From: Tetramitus jugosus
Taxonomy: Eukaryota; Protista; Heterolobosea
NCBI GenBank assembly: GCA_937625935.1
Contig: OW569387.1
Location: 124,001-188,000 of the forward strand
Direction of reading: 5' to 3'
DNA length: 64,000 bases
Made by a program: the position numbers and the translations under genes. The notes beneath the pieces are model-generated. The model saw only the letters and a program-made list of their open reading frames with translations. It was not told the DNA's origin and made no database searches. Positions 43,067-53,884 of the stretch are shown here, in pieces. The stretch's first letter is position 1. Every line of letters starts with the position of its first letter.

Positions 43067-43972
43067 ATGAGCATTGTAATAATCGGAGCCACCGGTCAAG
43101 TGGGACAACAAACTGTACTTTCTCTATTGGATAACGGAGCAAAGAATGTAAAACTTTTGGTTCGAAGTGAAGAAAAGGCCAGAGATCTGTTCAAGAACCA
43201 TCCTGGTAGTACTGATGCCTTGCAGTACTTTGTCGGAGACTACAAGTCAGACCTTAATGAACAAGCATTTGAAAACGTGGAAAGATTGTTCATTGTGAAT
43301 CAAGAGCCTCAATATGATGTTGTAATTGTGAAGAAAGCTTTGGAGAAGAATGGCTCTAACCTCAAACAGATTGTCAAGGTCAGTGCACTCGGTGCATCTT
43401 TGGATTCTGACTTTGGAGGATTCTTGAGAGATCACTCTGAATCCGAGCACGCAATTTATGGACTTGCTAAAGAACACGGCTTTTCTTTTGTTTTCCTGAG
43501 ACCTACCATGTTTAGTCAAAACTACTTTACCTATGACATTGAAGGAATTAAGCACTATGGTAAGATCTATAGACCTGGACTCCCTGACAAGGCAGTTTTC
43601 CCTTCGACTTTTATTGATTCCAGAGATATTGGCGAAGCTGCAGCTGCTGCCTTGACTCAACCAATCGAAAAGACCAGAGATCGAACTTATGTACTTACCG
43701 GTCCAGATGTTTTGACACCACAACAGATTGCAGATCTATTCACAAAGATTGTGGGAAAACCAATTGAGAACGTAACTTTGGATGACCATTCCTACTATCA
43801 GCTACTGATTGAATTTGGTACTCCAGAGCTGTATGCATTTGCTTTTGTGAAACTCTACCAGTCGGTCAAGGTAAACCAAAATATCGTGTATGGTGACTAT
43901 CAGATCTTGACTGGAAAAGCTCCAAGATCCTTGTCTCAATTCATCGAGGACCACAAAGAACACTTCTTGTAA
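43067..43972 (+). CDS. NmrA-like atypical SDR (NAD(P)H-binding)
   Basis: IIGATGQVG Rossmann motif, LRPTMFSQN, FIDSRDIGEAAAAAL, YVLTGP and LTGKAPRSL..FI. Confidence 0.9.
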   Translation: MSIVIIGATGQVGQQTVLSLLDNGAKNVKLLVRSEEKARDLFKNHPGSTDALQYFVGDYKSDLNEQAFENVERLFIVNQEPQYDVVIVKKALEKNGSNLKQIVKVSALGASLDSDFGGFLRDHSESEHAIYGLAKEHGFSFVFLRPTMFSQNYFTYDIEGIKHYGKIYRPGLPDKAVFPSTFIDSRDIGEAAAAALTQPIEKTRDRTYVLTGPDVLTPQQIADLFTKIVGKPIENVTLDDHSYYQLLIEFGTPELYAFAFVKLYQSVKVNQNIVYGDYQILTGKAPRSLSQFIEDHKEHFL

Positions 43973-45046
43973 TTTTCTATATTTATAAAAGCTCTTCTCA
44001 CAGTATCATATGTCAAATTGATCAGATGCACCATGTATGTCAGTCAACTCGGAATCAACAGGAAACTGTCCGAGCCATTATGCAAGAACAAGAGAAAAAT
44101 CGAAAGGATGGGATTGACGAACTCTCCCACTTTTATGAGAACAACAAAGTTATTGGTTCTTGGAGCATCGATGTTAGTTATAGTGTTGGCCAACATGCAG
44201 TTCACAGGTTAAGGACTACCGTAGCCCAGACCTTCGATCTATCTTGTATCATACCAACATTTTGTGTTCAGTTCGGGTGATACAATTGCAATGAAGCTTG
44301 ATTTGAAGAATCTCTTCAAGAATAATGAGTACTTGTTCTTCCTCTAAAGTTCTTATCGACAAAACAATGGAAATGAAAAATTATCTGGAAATGCATCAAC
44401 TATTTAGCCACACCAAGTTCCAGACCTTGGACAAGAAACAACAACCGGAACAGTAACCACCAACCATAACAATCTCACATTGTGATGAATGGAAATGAAA
44501 AAATTATCTGGAAAACCTTGCGCTATTTTATGGTGTGTTTCGAGGCACTTGAACAACACCTGAAAATATTGTCATCAGTGTTACTCATCAATCACATGAC
44601 TCACAATCAGAATAGATTGTCTTGAGTTCGAACTTGACATTTGAAGAATCAGGAAAACCTTACTTTCTTGAGTCAGAAGTTGTACGGTTTTCCTCTTTAT
44701 CTACACCCGAGGAAGAACTAGATTTTATATCCGAGCAGTTCCAAGCACATTTGAAAGCCTTCACTGTCCAATGTCACAAAGTGGCTTGTGGGATCGAGCT
44801 CATATCTCTGTGAGGAAAATCCCTTTGAGGACTCACTGAGACTTGACAAGATTGAGCGTTTCCACTGGAGTAATCAAGTGCTCAACCAAGAAATTGATTT
44901 TTCTGTCGAAGTTCAACCCAAGGGTCACTTGTTCAGTACTATCTTTCTAGTGGAGTGTCTACGTCCCATCTTGCAAACCACGAAAAACGCGGAGATTGCC
45001 CAATTCAAAGCGGATATGACAGTAAAGGACACTTTCAGTTTCAACA

Positions 45047-45293
45047 CCACTTCGTCCGCCTTTTTTTTCTTTTTTTTAATACAACCATTGCAGTTGCTCT
45101 TGTTATTGTCTTTCGTTTACATTAGCCAACGCTCGCGGAGCGTTGGCCCTGGTTATCTGTACATTATTTCCCAATGAGGCTCATAGAGCATCATTGCTTC
45201 TGTTTCTCTTTGGTTGACGTGAACAGTTGATGGAGGGTCGTGGCTTTCTTTACGGCTACTGACTTCTTCATCCCGATCCACTTCGTCCGCCTT
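45047..45293 (-). mobile_element. 5'-truncated non-LTR retrotransposon insertion with poly(A) tail and target-site duplication
   Basis: CCACTTCGTCCGCCTT occurs at 45047-45062 and 45278-45293; T-tract at 45061-45077; the ~200-bp body is colinear with the 3' end of the 40324 element. Confidence 0.85.
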
Positions 45294-45326
45294 CGGCGCC
45301 AGAAACTATTACAAATTGAAACTAAT

Positions 45327-45446
45327 GTCTACGTTCATACAATGGTGGAACCACCTCTTCCCATTTCGAATAGAGAAGTTAAGCACCATCTGGCTGAGTT
45401 AGTATTGAGATAGGAGACTACTCGAGAACCCTCAGTAATGTAGGCT
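45327..45446 (+). rRNA. 5S rRNA (solitary copy)
   Basis: ~119 nt with terminal helix GTCTACGT/ATGTAGGC, conserved CATAC, CCCATTTCGAA..GAAGTTAAGC and GTTAGTA; TTTT terminator. Confidence 0.92.
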
Positions 45447-45632
45447 TTTGTCTCTGATTTTATGTGGGTTGGGTATTACTGCAATTTTGTCGTTGCACTG
45501 ACGAGTGCAATTTTGCACTTGCATAAACTCGCTGCCATATTTGGTGAGAGTGCAAATTCTCATGTGCACCTACCAGTAGGAGTAATCCCACTTAGCCAGC
45601 CATAAAACGCGGAACCTTGAAGCAGAGTTAAA

Positions 45633-45691
45633 GTAAGAACAAACTATAACATAACTGAATCTAAGATACTGACCTATAACACTTCCTATAG
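45633..45691 (+). other. Probable 5'-UTR intron of the eEF2 paralogue
   Basis: GTAAGA donor, TACTGAC branch point and CTTCCTATAG acceptor, 7 nt before the ATG and downstream of CATAAAA at 45601. Confidence 0.55.
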
Positions 45692-45698
45692 TAGAACC

Positions 45699-48179
45699 AT
45701 GACATCAAGCACAAACATCCGAAATATCTCAGTGATCGCCCATGTGGATCACGGCAAGAGTACCCTGACTGATTCTCTCGTTGGAGCTGCAGGTATCATC
45801 TCCCACTCTGCCATTGGCAACAAGAGGTACATGGACACTCGTCCAGATGAGATCGAAAAAGGCATTACGATCAAGTCCACAGCCATCTCTCTCATGTTTC
45901 CGTACAAGGAACAAGAGTACTTAATTAATCTCATTGATTCTCCTGGTCATGTTGATTTCTCTTCTGAAGTGACTGCCGCGCTTCGAGTAACTGACGGAGC
46001 CATGGTCGTTGTTGACTCAGTCGAGGGATGTCGTTCTCAGACTGAAACTGTTCTAAGACAGGCACTCCAAGAAAGAATTGTGCCAGTGTTAATGATCAAC
46101 AAGCTTGATCGTGCAATTGTTGAACTTCAATTAGATCCTGAGGAGTGCTATCAGAACCTTCTAAGAATTGTCGAAAGTGTCAATGTGATCATCTCCACCT
46201 ACACTGACCACTCACTTGGTTATAGCTTCGAGGTGAGTCCTGTGAAAGGCAATGTGGCTATTGGAGCTGGTAAAATGGGTTGGGCATTCACTCTGAGAAG
46301 ATTCGCAAAGATGTATGCTTCAAAATTCAAGATTGCTGAAGACAAAGTTCTGAAGAAACTCTGGGGTGATTGGTTCTTCTGTCCCGATTCGAATTAGTGG
46401 CAGAAAGATAGAATTTCCAAAAAGACAGGGAAGACTCTCAAACGAGGTTTCTGTCAATTCGTACTGGAACCAATCTTCAATCTGTTTAAAGTTGTCAATG
46501 ACAATGATCTGATCCAACTTGATTCAATGTTGTCAGCTCTGGATGTTCGCCTGACAACGCAAGAAAGAGAAGCTCCTTCAAAGGAATTGATGAAAAATGT
46601 AATGCAAAAGTTCCTTCCAGCCCACGAAGCTCTAATCGAACTTATTGTTGATCGATTACCTTCACCAAAAACTGCCCAAAAGTACAGATATTCATTGTTG
46701 TATACAGGCCCGACAGATGACAAATATGCTACTGCAATTAGAGATTGCGATGAAAATGGACCTCTGATGGTCTATGTTTCAAAGATGGTTCCTTCAGAAG
46801 GTTCTGGAGGCAAATTCGTTGCATTTGGAAGAGTCTTCAGTGGCACCCTTAAACAGGGTCACAAAGTAAGGATCATGGGTCCTCAATATGAGGCAACAAC
46901 ACAATCAAAAGCTGATGTTTACAAGGGAAGCGTTCAAAGACTTCTTGTTATGATGGGAAGAGTCACTAGATCTGTGGATGAAACTCAATGCGGTAACTGT
47001 ATTGGTATGGTAGGATTGGATAATGCGATCGTCAAAACTGGTACTGTAACTGATCTCGAATGCACTGACGCTCACCCATTCAAGAATATGAAATACTCTG
47101 TGAGTCCTGTCGTTCAAATTGCTGTAGAAACAGAAAAGGCTTCTGACATTGGCAAGTTGGTCGAAGGCCTGAAGAAACTAACCAAGAGTGATCCGCTGCT
47201 TCAATGTACGATATCGGAGACAGGTCAGCATATTATGGCTGGAGCTGGAGAACTTCATCTGGATATTTGTTTTGGAGATCTTGAGAATCAGTACTGCAAA
47301 GGCATCAAACTATTGAAATCAAAGCCAGTGGTCACTTTCAAGGAAACGGTAACTCAAATGTCTGATATATGTCTATCAAAATCTGCAAACAAGCACAACA
47401 GACTCTATATGCAAGCGCTTCCTATTGATGAGCAGATGAGTCTTGACTTGGAGAATAACATTCTTAACCCATCACTAATGGATTCCAAGACTCTTTCAAA
47501 ACACATTGTGGACACTTACCAAGGTTGGGATCCTAACTCAGCAAAGAAGATTTGGTGTTTTGGACCTGCTGACTGTGGACCTAATGTGGTAGTGGATTGT
47601 ACTAAGTCCACTGACTTCATGAACGAAATCAAAGAAAGTGTTGTTTCTAGTTTCCAATGGGCTTCAAAGGAAGGTGGTCTTTGTGAGGAGAGTATGAGAG
47701 GAGTACGATTCAATGTCATAGACGCTGTTCTGCATGCTGATGCTATTCACAGAGGTGGTGGCCAATTGATACCAGCAGCAAGAAAAGCCTACTACTCGAG
47801 TCAACTCTCAGCTCAACCTCGATTAGTTGAACCAATGTACAAAGTTGAAATCCAAACTGTTGACAATGCTCTCGGTGGAATTTACAATGTAGTGAATAAG
47901 AGAAAGGGAATGATTTTGGCCACAGAACAAACTGTGGGTACGTTGTACACTGTCATATGTCATATTCCAGTCCTTGAGAGTTTTGGTTTGACAGAGGAAT
48001 TGAGAGCTGCTACATCTGGACAAGCATTCCCTCAGTGTTCATTCGATCATTGGAGAACAATGAACTCGAATCCATACGAGAAGGACACTATTGCACATAA
48101 GATCGCGACTGAAATCCGTGTTCGCAAAGGACTCAAACCTGAGATCCCTACAGCGATGATGTACTTGGACAAATTGTAA
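45699..48179 (+). CDS. EEF2: Elongation factor 2 paralogue with one in-frame TAG (46395-46397)
   Basis: [31 protein letters not shown], diphthamide loop [12 protein letters not shown] and C-terminal YLDKL; the two ORFs are in frame across the TAG. Confidence 0.9.
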
Positions 48180-48221
48180 GAGAAACAATAAAGCGTACTC
48201 TTTGAAACAAAACTGACAAAT

Positions 48222-48833
48222 TTAATCAGTAGACTCCACACTCAATGCATTCTCAAAAGCAAACTGCGAGATTGGATTTCTCTGTGATCTTGGCAATTCT
48301 TGTTCTGGAATCTGCTCCAGTGCTCTTCCCAAAACAACAATGGCATCCACAGTGTAGTCATCCTTGTCTGATCGATCTCCCACAAACTCCTCATGAATTT
48401 TATCATAATTAAATCCACCAATTGGATGAGCCACGAGATTCATTTCAGATGCTTGCAACAGTAATTGTGCCGTTGCTGCACCCGCGTCAAAAGAGTGAGT
48501 TCTAGAGTCGAACACTTGACCATAGTAAGAAGCCTTCTTGTAGGACAAGACAATGAGCAACACATCTGCGTGTTCGACCCACTTTTGATTCGCTTCCATC
48601 AAGTGATCAAATGCCTTGGTCCAGGCTTCTGTGTTGGACTTTCTGACATAGACAAATCTCCATGGTTGACTATTGACGGAACTGGCTGCCCATCTGGCTG
48701 CTTCGAACAGTTGGTTCATCTCTTGAGTGGATATTGGCTCGGCATCAGGTGCAAAAGTCCTGGAGGAGTATCTTTGGACGAAGATTGGGTTGACTTGGTT
48801 TTCGGTGGCTCTATCAGATGACGAGAAGGACAT
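48222..48833 (-). CDS. Nitroreductase (bacterial-like)
   Basis: RYSSRTF, LFEAARWAASSVNSQPWRF, FDAGAA and HPIGGF. Confidence 0.92.
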   Translation of the reverse strand: MSFSSSDRATENQVNPIFVQRYSSRTFAPDAEPISTQEMNQLFEAARWAASSVNSQPWRFVYVRKSNTEAWTKAFDHLMEANQKWVEHADVLLIVLSYKKASYYGQVFDSRTHSFDAGAATAQLLLQASEMNLVAHPIGGFNYDKIHEEFVGDRSDKDDYTVDAIVVLGRALEQIPEQELPRSQRNPISQFAFENALSVESTD

Positions 48834-49202
48834 GGCTTGGGACAGGTAGTATTGTAGATGTTGTTCTTTCAGAACTTTTTGGAATCTTGTTGTTGTGTTT
48901 GTTTCACTTGTTGTTCTGAAGAAAGTATGAATGAAACCCGCGAAACTTTTAAACAGGCCGAGAGCTGCGGAATCAGAAACCGTAAATGACCGAAAATTGG
49001 CCGAGGAAGTCCTGATTCAGAAACATTGGTCTATACCTTTAGAGAAGTTATGAAGCATGTTTGTGATGGTTTCCAGGTGAAAAGATTCACTGTGCGACTA
49101 GTACATGAACCAGTTCTCTGACCCAAGGATTTCACAAGTGCGATGGGAACAATCAGTAAAATGCTGGTTGTAATGTTACAAAGTTTAATTGAATCCATTC
49201 AT

Positions 49203-49649
49203 TTACAATCCAAGCAGTTGCTTCTTCTTGGTCTGGAATTCATATTCTGTCAAGATACCCAGATCCCTCAACCTTGCCATCTTCTCAATCTCTGCCAAAG
49301 CTTCCATATTGTTCATTCCACTGCTGTTTGCCGCAGAATTCTTTGAAGCAGAAGCCGCTACGGCGGACTTTGGAGGCGGAGGCGGCAATCTTGAGGCGCC
49401 GCTACGGGACGAAGAAGAGTTGGTGGCAGCAGCAGTAGAAGGTACAGGAGGAAGCTTGTTATTCACAGTCACTGTTCTTGTTCTCTCATCCACTTGCTTG
49501 TCGTGGAGTCTTGACCAATTTCGATCATTGTTTATATCCTTGTTGACAAAATAGTTTCTCAAGGTACCTGTTGCCTGATTGACCACACGATCAATTTCTT
49601 CTTCTGTTGGTCGTCCTTTCTGTTGTGGGTTCCTATTGTAATTGCTCAT
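49203..49649 (-). CDS. SHOCT-domain protein
   Basis: C-terminal LAEIEKMARLRDLGILTEYEFQTKKKQLL after a Pro/Ser-rich linker. Confidence 0.8.
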   Translation of the reverse strand: MSNYNRNPQQKGRPTEEEIDRVVNQATGTLRNYFVNKDINNDRNWSRLHDKQVDERTRTVTVNNKLPPVPSTAAATNSSSSRSGASRLPPPPPKSAVAASASKNSAANSSGMNNMEALAEIEKMARLRDLGILTEYEFQTKKKQLLGL

Positions 49650-50771
49650 GAGTCTGTTTGTTGTCCGGTGTGGGTTCTTTTTTTTACGTGTTTGCTTTTT
49701 TCTCTGATTGCTTGTGGGTCAATCGGATCTGACGTCATTCAGATTTGCCAGGTTTGGAAACTATTGAGAATGATAGATCACAGAATGAATCATTCATCTC
49801 ACTATTTGGTGCATTCATGAGAAAAAGTTTATCATAAACTCCTGTCCTGCCAGAATTTATCCGACAAGTGTCAGTAATTTGTAAGTTTGACAGTAATATC
49901 GTAAACGGCACATTTTTTTATCTCTCGCAAAAAACAAAGACAAACATACTGTTATTTCAAACAATCGGTTTGAACAAGTAGCATCACACGAGTATTATTT
50001 GTATGTCTGCCACAAAACAACAAACCACATCTTTTAAAACGTCTTCCCCACAACAAAATCACACACTTTTTGTTGTTGTAGTTTTCGCTGATCAAATCGT
50101 CCAAAACATAACAACGACAAAAAGTTCACTCACACAATAATCACCACAATATTCATTTATTTTAATAACTAACACAACAAATCACACAAACTTCTTTTGT
50201 TTGATCCATCTCTCACAAAAAACTCAAAAAACAACTTTTCTCACTTGCGGCAGTCGTAGTTTTAGACGTTGACGTTCGCGGAGAAACCCTTCAAAATACA
50301 ACAGGCAATTCAAAAAAAAAAGCTTACACCTACCAACAAAGCAAACAACAAAAAACTATAATCACACAACGAAGAAACATCACAGAGAGTTAGTTGACAT
50401 ACTTATCTATTCCACTAGCATCACCCCATCTCATCACCACCCAACAATCAAGTGAAAGAAGAAGCTTCACACACCCCTTGAAAACATAAGAAAAAGCTTT
50501 TTTTTACACCAGTTCATCCGTCCACAAAAAAAAATCAACAACAAGGTACGCTTTTTTGCTTCAGATTTTATGAGTGTCATTTGATTCATTCAACACATGG
50601 ACTCAACCACTCACTCACACAACACACATCAATTCGTCTCCATTATTTGCAGTGATTTTTAGTACGAACACATACAACGGTGGTCACCACGAAAGAAAAC
50701 ACACACAAAAAAAAATACATTCAACAACAACAAAAAAAAAATAATAAGAATTAGAAGAAGTAACAAACATA

Positions 50772-53700
50772 ATGAAGAGAGGAAGGCAATCGACAGAACA
50801 AAACAATGAAGGTGAAGTGCCAAAGAAGCACCAAAAAGTGTATGTAACTTAACTACTGCTCATCTATCTCATTAGATGATCAACAAAAAAAATTTTTTTT
50901 TGGGAGGAAATGATGTAAGCTAACACGAATACCTAATTTTAGGAGAGAGGAAGTGGCACGAAAGAGCAATACTTCAAAAAGCTCACCACCCAAGCAATCA
51001 TCATCATCATCATCCACTTCTTCTTCTTCATCAGTCACAACACAACAACAACAACAACAACAGCAAATACCACAATTACAGTATCAAGAAGGTGAAGTCA
51101 AAGTACTAAAGATTGAAGATGCGTTGGCCTTTTTGGAACAGGTCAAACGAAAGTTTGCCAATCAACCAGAAGTCTTTGATGAATTCTTGTCCATTATGAG
51201 AGATTACAAGACTCAAACGTATGTGTTTTGTTTTTTTATATGTGCGTTGTTGAATGTTGGTGGGTGGTGCGTGATCGCCTTACTTACACTGTGATTCAAT
51301 TATATTATTTTAAACCAACCTATAAACTATAACAACAATAGTATTGATACACCAGGTGTTGTTGCTAGAGTGTCAGAACTCTTCAAGGGACACTCCTATC
51401 TCATTCTGGGATTCAATGCCTTCTTGCCACCTGGTTATCGTATTCGTGTGACTCTACCAGGTGACAATCAAGAGATTCAAGGTGGATACAGACTACCAGA
51501 AGCACAGCCAGGAACTGCTGATTCATCATCATCAACAACAGCAGCACCCACCACACCATCTACTACACGTGAAGGTGAAAAAGTCATCAATTTTGAACAG
51601 GCCGTATCGTATGTCACCAAGATCAAGAACCGTTTCAGTGATCAACCAAACACGTACAAGACATTCTTGAACATTCTATACGGTTATCAAAAGGAACAAT
51701 CAACCATTAGACGAGTCTACGAACAAGTGGCCAACTTGTTCCGTGATCATCCTGACCTATTGGAAGAGTTTATTGTGTTTTTGCCAGAGAAGCCTGATAT
51801 ACTGGTTGCAAAGGACGCTAGTGGTCGTTATCCTGGTTCTGCCACATTACCTCCCACATCATCGTCCTCTGGCAGAAGAACCACAAGAGGAAGAAGAGCT
51901 GTGCCTCATGTCGAACCAGAGACTACCACTTCGGGAAAGAAGAAGACTGGAAAGGGAGCAAAGGCCCCTTCTATTTCTGCTTCGGCTGCTGCAAGTGCCA
52001 CTGGTGTTGCCAAGAAGGGCGCCAAAGCTGCTGTCGAAGATGAATACGAAGAGGATGACTATGAGAATCGTAGAGAGTTTGCTCAGGCCAACGTGGTCAT
52101 GTACGGACCAAGTTATCGTGTCTTGCCAGAGACCATGCATCAACCAACGTGCAGCAATCGAACAGAGTTGTGCCGTCAAGTGTTGAACGACAATTTGGTG
52201 AGTATGGCTGCTGGTAGCGAGGAGAGCAGTTTCCATCGCAAGAGTATCTGTGATGAGATTGTGTTCCAGTGTGAAGATGATCGCACAGAGTTGGACATTG
52301 TCATTGAGCAGAACATGAGCACGATTCGATTCCTGGAGGAGCTATTGAAAAAGATGGAAGCCGATCCAAACTACAAATTCAAGTTGGAATCGTTGCGTGA
52401 TATCCATAGAGCCAGTATTGCAAGAATCTATGCAGAAAAGGCAAATGAAGTACTCGAAGGAATGAGAAAGAATCCATTGGCTGCCATACCAGTCATTCTA
52501 CCTCGTTTGAAACAAAAGGAAGAAGAGTGGAAACATGCACGAACCGGTCTCAACAAGTTTTGGCGTGAGATTTATGAGAAGAACCATCAGAGATCCATGG
52601 AGGAACAATGTGCAATCTTTAAGCAAATGGACAAGAAGGCACTGAACCCAAAGACCATTATCAACGACATTAACGATAGACATGTGTACAATAAGGAACT
52701 GCAGATTTTGATGAACGATGAACTCATTCATCACGTTATTTATTCATTGCTGGAGAGTGTTGGAGAGTTGGGAGAGAATGATATGGAGAAGGTGAGACTG
52801 TTTTGGTTGCAAGTCATCATTCCATTCTTCAATCTCAAGGTAAGACCAGCTGAACCATCGTCAGCCGATGATTTGCAATTGCATCACTTGTCCGATCTCA
52901 TCAGAAAGAGAGATCAACTACAGGGTGGTGAATCATTTGCGCCCATTTTGGAGAAGGATCTGGGAAAGAAGACTGTTAATCATGTACTATTCGGCAATGT
53001 TCCAATGATTCTCTTCTTCCGATATTACATTTATGCCTATGAACGATTATCCAAGGCAAAGGAACTCGCAGTGAGACAGTTGAAGAATTTGGAGAGACCA
53101 TCCACCACAGGGGATATCGTCAAACAACATGAAAACATGAACTCCAATGCTGCTGTTGATGCATCAACAACATCCGGTGCGGTATCAAAGGACTTCTTCA
53201 AACTTTTCCTGCGCAATCTGACACAATACTTCTCTGATGAAATCGATACGGCCACCTTTGAGGACGAGTGCAAGAAATCGCTCGGACATCGATCCTGGAT
53301 CGTTTTCACTTTTGACAAGTTGTTTGCCAACTTGCAAAAGCAGCTGCAGAACATAAATGCAGATGAAGCATGCACCGAGTTGGCCAACGCCTTCAAATAC
53401 GAGTACCGCAGAGTGAACAAATTCTTGGACAATGCATACTTTGTTCAGGCTCATAAGATTGTGGGCAACGTTCCATTCTATGTCATGAACTACAACTGGA
53501 GCAAGCATCGTTTTAGCTTGGATGTCGTTGAAGCACCAGAGATTGACACTGAGAAGGTTGTCGCAGAGGAGCGTGGCTTGAAGTATATTCAACAATTCTT
53601 GTCTGCGGGAACAAACAGCGAAGTCGAAAAGAAATCGCATGTATTCCTCCGAAGAAACAAGAGAAAGGTCGAAGCTGCATCGACGAACTCTCCACTGATC

Positions 53701-53874
53701 ATGAACGGACTGGAGTGCAAAGTATGCATCGGTACTCTAAAATTATTCTTCGTGGAGGACACCAGTGATCTCCTGTACAGAAAGAAGAGCTTGTCATATG
53801 ACAGAAAGTCACAGGAAAGCAAAAAGTCACAAAAGTTCACCAAATTTTTGAGTGAAAAGCAAGCCACTATCTAA
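50772..53874 (+). CDS. SIN3: Sin3 co-repressor; introns 50840-50942 and 51219-51341
   Basis: Splicing restores PAH1 (DALAFLEQVK...KTQT|IDTPGVVARVSELFKGH..LILGFNAFLPPGY). Also PAH2, HID (GPSYR.LP...CEDDRTELD) and the Sin3 C-terminal GLECKV.....KL.FVEDT.D. Confidence 0.95.
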
Positions 53875-53884
53875 TCTAACTCCT

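Noticed and set aside
12348-46397. Stop-codon reassignment suggested by the in-frame TAA (BTB copy) and TAG (eEF2)
   Set aside because: The two stops align to different residues (Glu and Lys), the BTB copy has other lesions, and conserved genes here end normally at TAA, TAG or TGA with long stop-free ORFs.
46381-46397. Tiny GT...AG intron removing the eEF2 stop
   Set aside because: It is 17 nt, would shift the frame and would delete alignable residues; real introns here are about 60 nt or longer.
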